DNA from: the human T2T-CHM13v2.0 reference genome, Homo sapiens
Length of the DNA: 64,000 bases
Strand: one strand, 5' to 3'
Assembly: GCF_009914755.1 (NCBI RefSeq)
Contig: NC_060929.1
The position numbers were made by a program, and so were the translations under genes. Shown here piece by piece: positions 39,324 to 51,914 of this stretch (its first letter is position 1; each line of letters opens with the position of its first letter). The notes under the pieces were generated by a model, which was not told the DNA's origin, ran no database searches, and saw only the letters and a program-made list of their open reading frames with translations.

Positions 39324-41550
39324 TGATATGGTTTGGCTGTGTCCCCACCCACAACTCATCTTGAATTGTAGCTCTCATTATTCCCAGATGTTGTGGGAGG
39401 GACTCAGTGGGAAAGAAATAGTTGAATCATGGGGGCAGTTTCCCCCATACTGTTTTCATGGTAGTAAATAAGTCTCATGAGATCTGATGGTTTTATAAGG
39501 GGTTTCCCTTTCTGCTTGGCTCTCATTCTCTCTTGCCTGCTGCCATGTAAGATGTGCCTTTTGCCTTCTGCCATGATTGTGAGGCCTTCCTGGCCACATG
39601 GAACTGTGAGTCCACTAAACCTCTTTTTTAAAAAAAATAAATAAATAAATAATAAATTACTCAGTCTCAGGTATGTCTTTATCAGCAGCATGAAAATTGA
39701 CTAATACAGTAAATTGGTAACAGCAGAGTGGGGCACTGCTATAATGATACCTGAAAAAGAGACTTGTTGAATGGCTTTGACCAAAATGCTGATAATGATA
39801 AGGACAGTGAAACCCAGGCTGAGGTAGTCTCAGATGGAGATAAGGAACCTGTTGGGAACTAGAGTAGATGGACTCTTGCTACATTTTAGCAAGGAGACTG
39901 GCAGTATCTTGCCCCTGTCCTAGAGATTTGTGGTACTTTGAATTTGAGGGAGATGATTTAGGGTATCTGGCAGAAGAAATTTCTAAGCAGCAAAGCATTC
40001 AAGAGGTGACTTGGGTGCTGTTAAAAGCATTCAGTTTTAAAAGGGAAACCGAGCATTAAAGTTCAGAAAATTTGCAGCCTGATGATGTGATAGAAAAGAA
40101 AAACTCATTTTCTGAGGCGAAATTCAAGCCACCTGTAGAAATTTACATAAGTAATGAGGAACTAAATGTTAATCACCATGACGATAGGTAAAATGTCTCC
40201 AGAGCATGTCAGAGAACTTTGTGGCACCCCCCTCCCATCACAGGCCCAGAGGCCTGGAAGGAAGAAACAGTTTCACGTGATGGGCCCAAGGCTCCCTACT
40301 CTGTGCAGCCTTGGGACATGGTGTTCTGCATCCAAGTTGCTCTAGCCGTGGCCAAAAGGGAACAAGATGCAGCTTGAGCAGTGGCTACAAAGGGTGCAAG
40401 CCCCAGGCCTTGGCAGCTTCCATATGGTGTTGAGCCTGCAGGTGCACAGAAGTCAAGAATTGAGGTTTGGAAACCTCCACCTAGATTTCAGAGGAGGTAT
40501 GGAAATGCCTAGATGTCTAGGCAGAAGTTTGCTGCCAGGGCTGGTCCCTCATGGAGTATCTCTGCCAGGGCAGTGTGGAAGGGAAATGTGGGGTTGAAGC
40601 CCCCACACAGAGTCTCCAGTGGGGCACTACCTAGTGGAGCTGTGAGAGGAGGGCCAGAGTCATCCAGACCCCAGAAAGGTAGATCCACCCACAGCTTGCA
40701 CTGTGTGCCTGGAAAAGTCACAGACACTCAACACTAGCCTGTAAAAGCAGCTAGGAGGGGAGCTGTACCCTGCAAAGCCACAGGGGCAGAACTTCCCAAG
40801 ACCATGGGAACCCACCTTTTGCATCAGCATGACCTGGATGTGAGACATGGAGTCAAAGGAGATCATTTTGGAGATTTAAGCTTTGACTGCCTTACTGGAT
40901 TACAGACTTGCATGGGGACTTAGCCCCTTTATTTCAGCCAATTTCTCCCATTTGGAATGTGTGTATTTTTCCAATGCCTGTTCCTCCATTGTATGTAGGA
41001 AGTAACTAACTTGCTTTTGATTTTACAGGCTTATAGGCAGAAGGGACTTGTCTTCTCTCAGATGAGACTTTGGAGTGTGGGCTTTTCAGTTAATGCTGGA
41101 AGGATTTAAGACTTCAGGGGACTGCTGGGAAGGCATGATTGGTTTTGAAATGTGAGGACATGAGATTTGGGAGGGGCCAGGAGTGGAATGATATGGTTTG
41201 GCTGTGTCCCCACCCAAATCTAATCTTGAATTGTAGCTTCTATATTTCCCGCATGTTGTGGGAGGCACCCGGTGGGAGACAACTGAATGATGGGGGTGGT
41301 TTCCTTCATACTGTTCTCATGGTAGTGAATAAGTCTCATAAGATCTGATGGTTTTATAAGTGGTTTCCCTTTTTGCTTGGCTGTCATTCTCTCTTGCCTA
41401 CTGCCATGTAAGATGTACCTTTCACCTTCCACCATGATTGTGAGGGCTCCGCAGCCACATGGAACTGTGATTCCATTATACCACTTTTTCTTCATAAATT
41501 ACCCAGTCTCAGGTATGTCTTTATCAGCAGCATGAAAACGGACTAATACA
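39324..41550 (+). mobile_element. Full-length THE1A/B MaLR provirus (LTR 39324-39708, internal 39709-41188, LTR 41189-41550)
   Basis: Two homologous TGATATGG...ACTAATACA LTRs, THE1-internal sequence, purine-rich tract before the 3' LTR, TSD ATCTG at 39319-39323 and 41551-41555. Confidence 0.96.
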
Positions 41551-41631
41551 ATCTGTAAAGATGTTTTGTTTTATGTTGGTGTGCATGTCTCTGTAATTCT
41601 CCTCATAAAATATAGGCAAAATATAGCATTT

Positions 41632-41996
41632 ACTATTTTTTAAATGTTTATGTTTCCCACCCCCACAATTCATATATTGAAATCCTGACCCTCAAGATGA
41701 TGACATTGGTAGGTGAGGTCTTTGGGAGATGATTAGGTAATGAGGGTGGAGCCATCATGAATGTGATTAGTGCCCTTTTAAAAGAGGCCCCCCCAAGGGA
41801 GCTTGTTTACCCCTTTCACATGAGAACACAGTGAAAAGACAGTGTCATTAAACCAGTAACTGAATCCTCACCAGACATGAAATTTGCTGGCATCTTGATC
41901 TTGGACTTCCCAACCTCCATAACTGTAAAAAATAAAATTTTGTTGTTTATAAACTACTATAGTTATTTGTTATATCAGTCTACACAGACTAAGACA
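41632..41996 (+). mobile_element. MLT1A0-like LTR
   Basis: AATTCATATATTGAAATCCT, GAGGGTGGAGCC, TTGATCTTGGACTTCCCA, GACTAAGACA. Confidence 0.85.
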
Positions 41997-43059
41997 GCAT
42001 TCAATAACTATATGTTTTAAATAATTTTTTCACTGATTAGTGTATTATTAAGGTCTTTCTATGTCCATAGATATATATGTCTATAATACAGATTTATTGG
42101 TTGTACAGTAATCTAATAGCATCACAATTGTGTATTAAAGTAACAGTCTTAAACCTGAGGATATTTTGACCCATCCAAAAATAATTTCTTATATCTTCAG
42201 CTTTCAACAATCGAATACTCTGCCAAGTAGATATTTTAACTTATACTGAGTGTGATAAATTGAACAAAAAGTATCTTTTTACTAGTGCATGTATTTGAGA
42301 TCTTAGAAGCAAATAAGCCAGGACAAATACCTTCACTTTAAAATTGTATACATATCTGTGGCTACAAAATAAACAAAATCATTGTTAGCTCCACTATGTT
42401 CACCAAAGGTTTGGCCAATATGCAGAGCTATGTACAGTTGACTCAGGTTGTCTAGTAACATTCTGAAACAGAATTCAGAATGATAATCTGCTCACTTAAA
42501 ACTGATGCAGGTAAAAATTCTGTGTCCAAATCTAAAGAGATCATGGACAATAGTAATATGTGTTAAGGAAAGAAATTCTCAGAAGTCATTAAAAACATTT
42601 ATTTTGAATTGGGTAAAAGAATGTGAAAGTGGAGCTATCCCTGAAGATCTCTAAGAAAAAGCTCACACTTTTCTTATGGATTATTAATTATGAAATCATA
42701 TTTTATTTATGTATTAATGAGTTTTAAATAAAACATCATTGGAGGGCCTCAAGCAAAAAAGGGACTTATAGATACTTTATTAGTGCTAATTTCTATAAAT
42801 ATTTTAAATTAGAGTAAATGTTAAATTACATGATATTGAGGAATGGGATGAATCTACATCTACAGAGGGTGAAGAATGTGATCAAGGAGGTAAATAACAT
42901 GAAAATTTAAAAAGAGAAAACTGACCACATAACAGATGATGGAAATATATAATATGGGAGAATGAGACATGCAACAAATGTAGGCCAGTGACTGGGTAAG
43001 GGAGTGGTTACCATTTACATTAGATTGTTAGGGAGAATCTGGTTTAGTAATTATCCTAG

Positions 43060-43390
<331 letters not shown>

Positions 43391-43556
43391 TCCTTCTCAT
43401 CTTCTTAAAAGAAAACATAAGCTGAGGTGAATTTGGTGGCCCTCTGTACTCCTATCATCTGCCACAGTTTGGTAAGTGGGCAACACATATATGTGATGAA
43501 CTAAACAGAATTCTCAGTCTGACACATAGTCAAGTCTGCAAAATTACCGACAAACC

Positions 43557-44177
43557 TGCTACAGACTGAATGTTTGTGTCCCCCCCTGCAAAATTTATAT
43601 GTTTAAATTCTAGCTCCCAATGTGATAGTGTTAGGAGGCAGGGCCTTTGATAGGTGATGAGTTCATGAGGTCTCTGAGAAGTTAAAGACTCTTAGAATGT
43701 CCAGCCAAGATTAGGGCTCTGTCAGACTCAGTGTCTGGTGAGGATTCACTTCCTGGTTCACAGGTAGCACCTTCTGGTTATGTCCTCCCTTGGTGGAAGG
43801 AGCCTCTTTTATAGGGTATCAATCATCTTTTATAAGGACATTAATCCTATTTATGAAGCCTCTGACTTGAACTACTCACCTCCTAAAGATCCAACTTCTA
43901 AAACATCACATTGCTGATTAGGTTTCAACATATGAAATTGGGAAGGTGGGGACACAAACTTTCAGACCATAGCAGCTCCCTGGCCCTTTCTGCCATGTGA
44001 GGAAACAACTGTATGTCCATCAATGAACCAGGAAGCGGTCTGTCATTAGACACTGAATTTGCTGGTGCCTTGAGCTTGGACTTCTCAACTCCAGAACTGT
44101 GAGAAATAAATTTCTGTTGTTTATAAGCAAACCAGTCTACAGTATTCTGTAATAGCAACCCCACAGTACTAAGAAAA
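43557..44177 (+). mobile_element. MLT1A0-like LTR with nested antisense MaLR LTR
   Basis: 5' part 43557-43670 and 3' part 43975-44177 are collinear parts of one LTR. Confidence 0.8.
43690..43974 (-). mobile_element. MSTD/MLT1A-like LTR, 3'-truncated
   Basis: GTGTCTGGTGAGG, TTTCAACATATGAA, ends CAGACCATAGCA. Confidence 0.75.
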
Positions 44178-44361
44178 ATCCAGTCTCTCTTTTATCCATC
44201 TTTTTCAGAAACAATGTAATGAACAGCAATTCATAGAATCAAAGTAAAATTTGAAAATAATGTAGTTGCCTTGATTCAAAATAAAGCTTTGTCATATGAG
44301 GAACATGTGATATTATTGTAAATGTTGTTATAATTTTAGTTGAAATGTTCAACTGGACAAC

Positions 44362-44779
44362 TGTTATGGGTTGAATTGTGTTCTTCCCCAAATTCCAAAT
44401 GTGGGAGTCCTAACTTTAGGTAACTGTGAATATGACTTTTTTTGGAATGGAGTCTTGGTAGATGTCATTGAGTTATGATGAGATCATTAAGATGGTTCTA
44501 ATAATAATTCAGTATGACTGGTGTTCTTGTAAGAAGAAGAGAGCAGAAGCAAAGCAAAAAACATCCTGTAAAGATGGAGACAGAAAATGATCTGCTGCCA
44601 CAAACAAAGGTATTTCTGGGACTCAGGAGGGGGAAGAGGCAAGAAAGGAAGACGTCAGCAGGAGCATGGTCCTGCCAACACCTTAATTTTGGACTTCTAG
44701 CCTCTAGGGCTGTGAAAGAATAAATTTCTGTTGTTTTAAGTCACTGACTTTATTACAGTAACCTCAGAAAACTAATATA
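44362..44779 (+). mobile_element. MLT1B/C LTR
   Basis: TGTTATGGGTTGAATTGTG...ATGACTGGTGTTCTT...GAAAACTAATATA; near-TSD ACAAC/GCAAC. Confidence 0.85.
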
Positions 44780-45399
44780 GCAACCTTCCAGCTTGGGAGT
44801 GTGATTCTTTCCTGTGTTGAATAAGAGCCACACTCCCTCCTTTCCTCAGACCAATAATGCCCTATGTCAAAGGTTTTCTTCAATAGTCTTTCGTATTTAT
44901 AGACTTTTTCTATATAGCTGGGAGGCGAGTGATGAAGCTTGACAGATTCTAGAATAATTTCTGCTATCTTTTTTAAGTCCTATAAGGAGGACCCTAAGAT
45001 AATCCTTAGCACATAATTACCTGCTCTTCTCAGTATTATGGTTTTAGCCAAAGCTATGAGTCAGGACGGAAATTCTCATTCAACATTCTGTTAAACATAC
45101 ATATATTCATGTAAGTCAAAATTTATGCTGAGATAGTCATACAAAATGTGAGAAGGGGTTAGGTAAAAGATAACTTGTAATTGTTTGATTTATGCAAATT
45201 AATGGGGAAAAACCCTCCGTCTTTGTCATTAGAGTGAAATTCTTTTAAAATATTGTAATGCAAAGTGCTAGGGCCAAGAAAACTGCCATAGTCATCATTA
45301 TAACTAGGGCAGCATTTTGTATCTAGCATAAAGAACTGTAGACCAAATAAATAACTGAGAAATATGAATTCTCATCTGTAGCCCAATATTAACTAGCTC

Positions 45400-45645
45400 A
45401 AAATTTCCTTCCCATGAAACATTCCTGGAATCCCTTAGTGACATAAATCAAGTAACCATAGCACTTGCTCTTCTACTGTGGCACTTCCCATAGCATAGTG
45501 TGCTTTATGTACATGTCTGTCTTTTCACTAAATTGTATGCTTCTTGAGGCCAGGCCTATGTCTAATTCATTTCATAGTTTATTTACTGAGACACTTGTAA
45601 CATCTTAGACACTTTAAAAAAGTTTAATGGATAAAAATAAATGAC
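45400..45645 (+). mobile_element. L2 3' fragment
   Basis: CATGTCTGTCT, CTTCTTGAGGCCAGGCCTATGTCT. Confidence 0.55.
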
Positions 45646-47749
45646 CAACCTTTTTCTCTTTCCAGCTAACTACTTTCATTTTAAAATTGAAGATATTGAA
45701 ATAAAGAATTTATAAATTCTCCCCAAAGCACCAAAATTAGATATTTTGTCTATTATTGTTCAAGATTAAATAGTCTTATATAGTCTTGCATTTGTAATTG
45801 AGTTTATAGCTTTTACTTCTCTTTATGTTAAGCCATGATAAAAACTTTTAAAAACAATTTTAAGATATTAAAAACTAATTTAAAAGTAATCATCCTGGAA
45901 TGACCCAGGCTCCATTTTGGAATTTTTCTAACATAAATAAGTCACGTATATTTGATTTTGTGTCTTTCATTATAAACATAAATTTTTGAGATATCATTTT
46001 AAAAATATCCCTTGAACACCAGATCAAATTAACTGTGTTAAACTGTTTGTAATTTGAAAATGATAGCAAGATCATATATTTTGCCTGAGTATATTTTTAA
46101 GAGGTCAGAATTCTTGTTATGACTTTCAAAGACAAAACTTTCAAGATAAAAGTTATCTGGGGGCATTGTTTAATGCAATATGTTGTAGTTGTTTTGTTTG
46201 TTTTTAATATTACTCTTTTTTGTATGCTTATTAGCAACCCAAAAGATCTCTTGATTTTTCATTTTATTTTATGGATGTTGGAAGTTAATTTTCTTTAACC
46301 TAATCAGGGAAGACCTGCAAGGGGGAGTTTAAAATAAGAAAAATAATTTTAAAATTTTTTATTTTAAAATGACATAATAATTATATATACATATATATTT
46401 GGGATACGATGTGATGTTTTGATACACAGATACATTGTATAATGAGCAAATCAGGGTAAGTAGCATTTTCATAAATTTTCTTCATTTATCTTTTTTTGTG
46501 ATGAGACTATTAGTATTTTTCCCTTCTAGCTTTTTAAATATGCATTGTTGTTAACTATAGTCATTCAACTGTGCATTAGAACACTGAAACTTATTACTCC
46601 CATCTAACTGTAACTTTGTACCAATTGTTCAACCCCAAACCCTCCTTCCGCAGCCTCTAATAATCACTATTCTACTCTACTTCTATAAGCTGAACTTTCA
46701 AAAATTCCATGTATGAGTCATATCATGTGGTATTTGTCTTTCTGTGCCTGGTTTATTGCATTTAACATAATATCCTCCAGGTCCATCTACATTGTCATAA
46801 ATGACAGAATTTCATTCTTTTCTTACGGCTAAACAGCATTTCATTATGTGTGTGTGTATATATATTATATATATATATAATATATATATATAAAAATATC
46901 CATTCATCCTTTGCTGAGCACTTAGGTTGATTCCATATCTTAGCTACTGTGAACAGTGCTGCAATAAATGTGGGAGTGCAGATATCTCTTCAACATAAGG
47001 ATTTCCTTTCCTTTGGATATATACCAAATAGTGGGATTGCTAGATCATATGGTAGTTTTATTTTTAATTTTTTGAGGAAACTCCAAACTGTTTTTTATAA
47101 TGGCTGTAGTAATTTACATTTCCACCAACAGTAAGTGTTCCCATTTCTCCCCATCCTCACCAACACTTGTTATCTTTGTCTTTTTGATAACAGCCATTCA
47201 AAATAGAGTGTGGTTATATCTCATTCTGGTTTTAATTTGCATTTCCTTGATGATTAATAATTTTTAGCATATTTTTCATATATCTGATAGCCATTTTTGT
47301 GTCTTCTTTTATGAAATGTCTATTCAGGTCTTTTGCTAATCTTTTAATCAGGTTATTTGATTTTTTTGCCACTTAGTTGTTTGATTTCCACCTATATTTG
47401 AATATTAACGCCTTATCAGATGTATTCATTTGCAAATAAGTTCTTCCATTCCATAGATTATCTCTTCATTCCATGATTGTTTCCTTTGCTGTGCAGAAGC
47501 TTTTTAGTTTGATGTAATCCCATCTGTCTATTTTTGCTTTTGTTGCTTTTGCTTTCGCAGTCTTATTCAAAACAATTTTTGCCCAGATCAATGTAAAGAA
47601 GCATTTCCTCTATGATTTTTTTTCCAGTAGTTTCATGTTGGGTCTTACATTTAAGTCTTTAGTCCATTTTTCATTAATTTTTGTCAGTGGTGAGCAATAG
47701 GGATCTAGTTTCATTCTTGTTCATGTGGATATCCAGTTGTACTGGATAT

Positions 47750-47892
47750 TATTTACTATAAATAGTAATTTATAGTATATATGGTATATTACTATTTACT
47801 ATAAATAGTAATTTATAGTATATATGGTATATTACTATTTAGTATAAATAGTAATTTATAGTATATATAGTATATTACTATTTACTATAAAT
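47750..47892. repeat. 43-bp AT-rich minisatellite, about 3.3 copies
   Basis: Unit TATTTACTATAAATAGTAATTTATAGTATATATGGTATATTAC at 47750, 47793, 47836. Confidence 0.95.
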
Positions 47893-48004
47893 ATAATATT
47901 TATGTTTTGAAATTTAATATTTTATATGAAATTATATATTTATATACATTTACATTGATAATTTATATTATCAAATTTAATTTATATAAATAGTAATATA
48001 AGTT

Positions 48005-48244
48005 AAATTATATAAATTAAAATAAATAGTAATATAAATATAAATATTTACTATTTACTGAAGAGACTGTCCTTTCCCCATTGTATGGTCTTGGCATTTT
48101 TGCCAAAATCATTTGGCTATAAATAAAGTATGTAAATTAAAATAAATAGTAATATAAGTATAAATATTTACTATTTACTGAAGAGACTGTCCTTTCCCCA
48201 TTGTATGGTCTTGGCTTTTTTGCCTAAATCGTTTGGCTATAAAT
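48005..48244. repeat. 120-bp tandem duplication
   Basis: 48005-48124 and 48125-48244 align without gaps and with a few substitutions. Confidence 0.95.
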
Positions 48245-50189
48245 GCATGGATTTATTTTTCGATTCTGTATTCTGTTCTGTTGGTCTATATTTCTGTTTC
48301 TTTGCTAGTGCCATGACGTTTATGCTGTTTTGGTTACTATTAGTTTGCAGTACATTTTAAAGCCAGGCAATATGATGCCTCCAGCTTTGTTCTTTTTGCT
48401 CAAGAAGGCTTTGGCTATTGGAGGCCTTTTCTAGTTGCATACAAATTTTAGGATTTTTGTGAAAATGTCATTGGTATTTTCATAAGGATTGTATTGAATC
48501 TGTAGGTTGCTTTGGGTAGCATGGTCATTTTAACACTCTTTCCAGTTCATGAACATGAGATTACATTTATTAGTGAGCTCTTCAATTTGTTTCATCCATA
48601 TGTTATAGTTTTCATTGTAGAGATATTTTACCTCCTTTACATTTATTCCCTGGTACTTTATTATTTTTTGTAGCTATTGTAAACAGGACTGGTTTCTTGA
48701 CTTCTTTTTCAGATACTTTACTAGTGGTCTATAGATAAATCACTAATATTTGTATGTTGATGTTTTATTTTGTGACTTTACTGAATTTGTTTATTAGTTA
48801 TAAGGGATTTTTGGTGGAGTCTTTAGAGTTTTCTATATATAAGATTATGTAATCAGCAAACAGAAACAATTTCCTGTCTTCTTCCTTTCCAATCTGGAGA
48901 TCCTTTGTTTCTGTCTCTTGCCTAATTACTCTGGCCAGAACTTTCAGCATACGTTGAACAGAAGTAATGAAAGTGAGCATCTTTGTCTTATTCTAGTTTT
49001 TAGATGAAAAGCTGAATGTTCATGTATGATATTGGTTGTGAATGCATGGCCTTTATTGTGTTGAGATGTATTCCTTTTATACCTAATTTTTAAAAGGTTT
49101 TCATAATGAAGCGCTGTCCAATTTTATTGAATGCTTTTTCTGCATCTATTGAGATGATCATATGGCTTTTGTTCTTCATTCTGTTAACGTGATGTATCAC
49201 GCTTATTAATTTGCATATGTTGAGCCTTCTTTTCATTCTTGCAACAAATCCCACTTGAGCATGGTAAATGATCTTTTTGAAGTTCTGTTCAATTTGGTTT
49301 GCTAGTATTTTGTTGAGGATCTTTGTATCTATGTTCATCAGGAATATTGGCCTGTAGTTTTCATTGCTGTGTCTTTGCTTGGTTTTGGAATCAGGGTAAT
49401 GCTGGCCTCATAGACTGAGTTTGGAATAATTTTCCTCCACTTGAGGCTTGGGAGTCTGAAACTCCATGAGGAGCTTGCTAACTTTTGTCCCACAGTGGAT
49501 CTTGAGCAGGCCCAGTCTCAGCTCCAGCCGCTCTAAATTTTTGTACTAGTTTGAGAAGAATTGGTATTCGTTCTTTACACGTTTGGTAGTATTCAACAGT
49601 GAATTCATCAGATCCTTTGCTTTTTTCTTTTGATGAAAGAGTTTTTATTATTACTTCAATCTCATTATCCATTACTAGTCTAAGTTTTATATTCCTTAAT
49701 GATTTAATCTTAGTAGTTTGTGTGTGTCCAGAAATTTATCCGTTTCTTCTATTTTCCAATTTGTTGGCATGTCTTCATTCATAGTTTTATAATGATGCTT
49801 TGTATTTCTGTTGTATCACTTGTAATGTTTCCTTTTTTATCTCTGATTTTACTTATTTCAATAATCTCTTTTTCTTCCTTAAGCTAATCTAGCTAAAGGT
49901 TTGTTGATTTTGTTTATCTTTAAAAAAAACCCCTCTATTTTAGTGATATTTTGTATTTTATTTTAGTTTCTATTGTGCTTACTGCTGCTCTGTTTTCTTT
50001 CCTCCTACTAATTTTGGTTTTAGTTTTTTCTTGTTTTTCTATTTCCTTGAGGAGCAATGTCATTCATTTGAGAACTTTCTATTGCTTTAATCTAGGTGTT
50101 TATCACTATAAAGTTCTTTCTTAAAACTGCTTTTGCAATATCCCATAGTTTTTGGTATGTTGTTTCCATTTTCATTTCTCTTAAAAACT

Positions 50190-50555
<366 letters not shown>

Positions 50556-51612
50556 TAATTTCCTTGTATTTGTACAGTTTTTAATATTCCCCTAGTTATT
50601 AATTTCTAGTTTTATTTCATTGTGGTCAAAAAAGATACTTGAGATAATTTTGATTTTAACAAAATTTGTTCAGACTTGTTTTGTTGATAAATATATGATT
50701 ATACTGAAAAATGTTTAATGTGCTTTTGAGAAAAATGTGTGTTCTGTGGCACTTATATGTAATGCTCTGTAAATGTATCTTAGGTCGATGTGGTCTACAG
50801 TGTGGTTAGACTCTGATGTTTCTTTGGTGATTTTCTGTCTAGATGATCTGTCCATTGCTGAAAGTGGGGTGTTGAAATCCCTTATTATTATTGTATTACA
50901 GGCGATCTCTCCCTTTAGGTCTATTTATAGTTGCTTTATAAATTTAGGCCCTCTTACATTGAATGATACATATTTATAATTGTTATAGCTTCTTGCTATA
51001 TTGATCCCTTTATCATTATGTTATCGCTGCCTTTGTTGCTTTTTATAGTTGTTAGTTTAAGGTCTATTTGTTTTCTGACTAAGTATAGCTACTCCTGCTC
51101 ATTTTCAGTTTCTATTTGCATAGAATAGCCTTTTTCATCCCTTCACTTTCAGTTTATGTGTATTCTTGCAGGTCTAATGAATCTCTTATAAGCAGCATAT
51201 GGTTGGGCCTTATTTTATTATCCATTAAGCCACTCTGTCTTTTACTTAGAAAAGTTAATTCATTTACATTCAAAGTAATTATTGATAGATAAGGAGTTAC
51301 TACTGCTATTTTGTTATTCTTTTCTAGTAGTTTGTAGTTTTGTAGTTCCTTTCTTTCTTCTTTTATAGTCTTCCTTTGTGGTTAAGTGATTTTTTCTTGT
51401 ATATTTTGATATCTTGCTTTTTATTTTCGGTTTCTCTATTATAGGTTTTTGCTTTGCAGTCGGCATGAGGCTTACAAAAACATTCTATAGCTATAAGTTA
51501 TTTTAAACTGATACTAAATTTTGATTGCAAAGAAAAGAAACAAAAAATCTGTACACTTCAGTCTCCCTCCACACTTTCCACACTTTGAATTTTTGATGAT
51601 GTCATAATTCAC

Positions 51613-51914
51613 GTGTGTGTGTGTGTGTGTGTGTGCATGTGTTTGAGACAGAGTCTCACTCTGTCACCCATGCTGGAGTGCACTGGTGCAATCTTGGCTC
51701 ACTGCAACCTCCACCTCCCAGGTTCAAGCAATCCTCCTACCTCATCCACAGATGCACACCACCACACCCAGCAATTTTTGTTTTTTGTATTTTTGATAGA
51801 GATAGGGCTTCACTATGTTGCCCAGGCTGGTCTCAGACTCCTGAGCTCCCAGAGTCCACCGGCCTCGACCTGCCAAAGTGCTGCGATTATAGGCATGAAC
51901 CACTCTGCCCAACC
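51613..51914 (-). mobile_element. AluJ-like with (GT)n tail, inside L1
   Basis: (GT)n from 51613; CACTATGTTGCCCAGGCTGG; internal deletion in the right arm. Confidence 0.88.

Noticed and set aside
39868-40866. ORFs in the THE1 internal region
   Set aside because: Short, interrupted remnants; no intact MaLR ORF.
46848-46895. (TG)n(TA)n palindromic run
   Set aside because: Ordinary microsatellite at a commonly expanded position of the L1 3'UTR.
47750-47892. Regular repeats as a possible CRISPR array (also the LTR12 repeats at 858-1545)
   Set aside because: Tandem units without unique spacers, no cas genes, primate context.
48798-49672. Further RT-like ORFs
   Set aside because: Disrupted ORF2 of the second L1.
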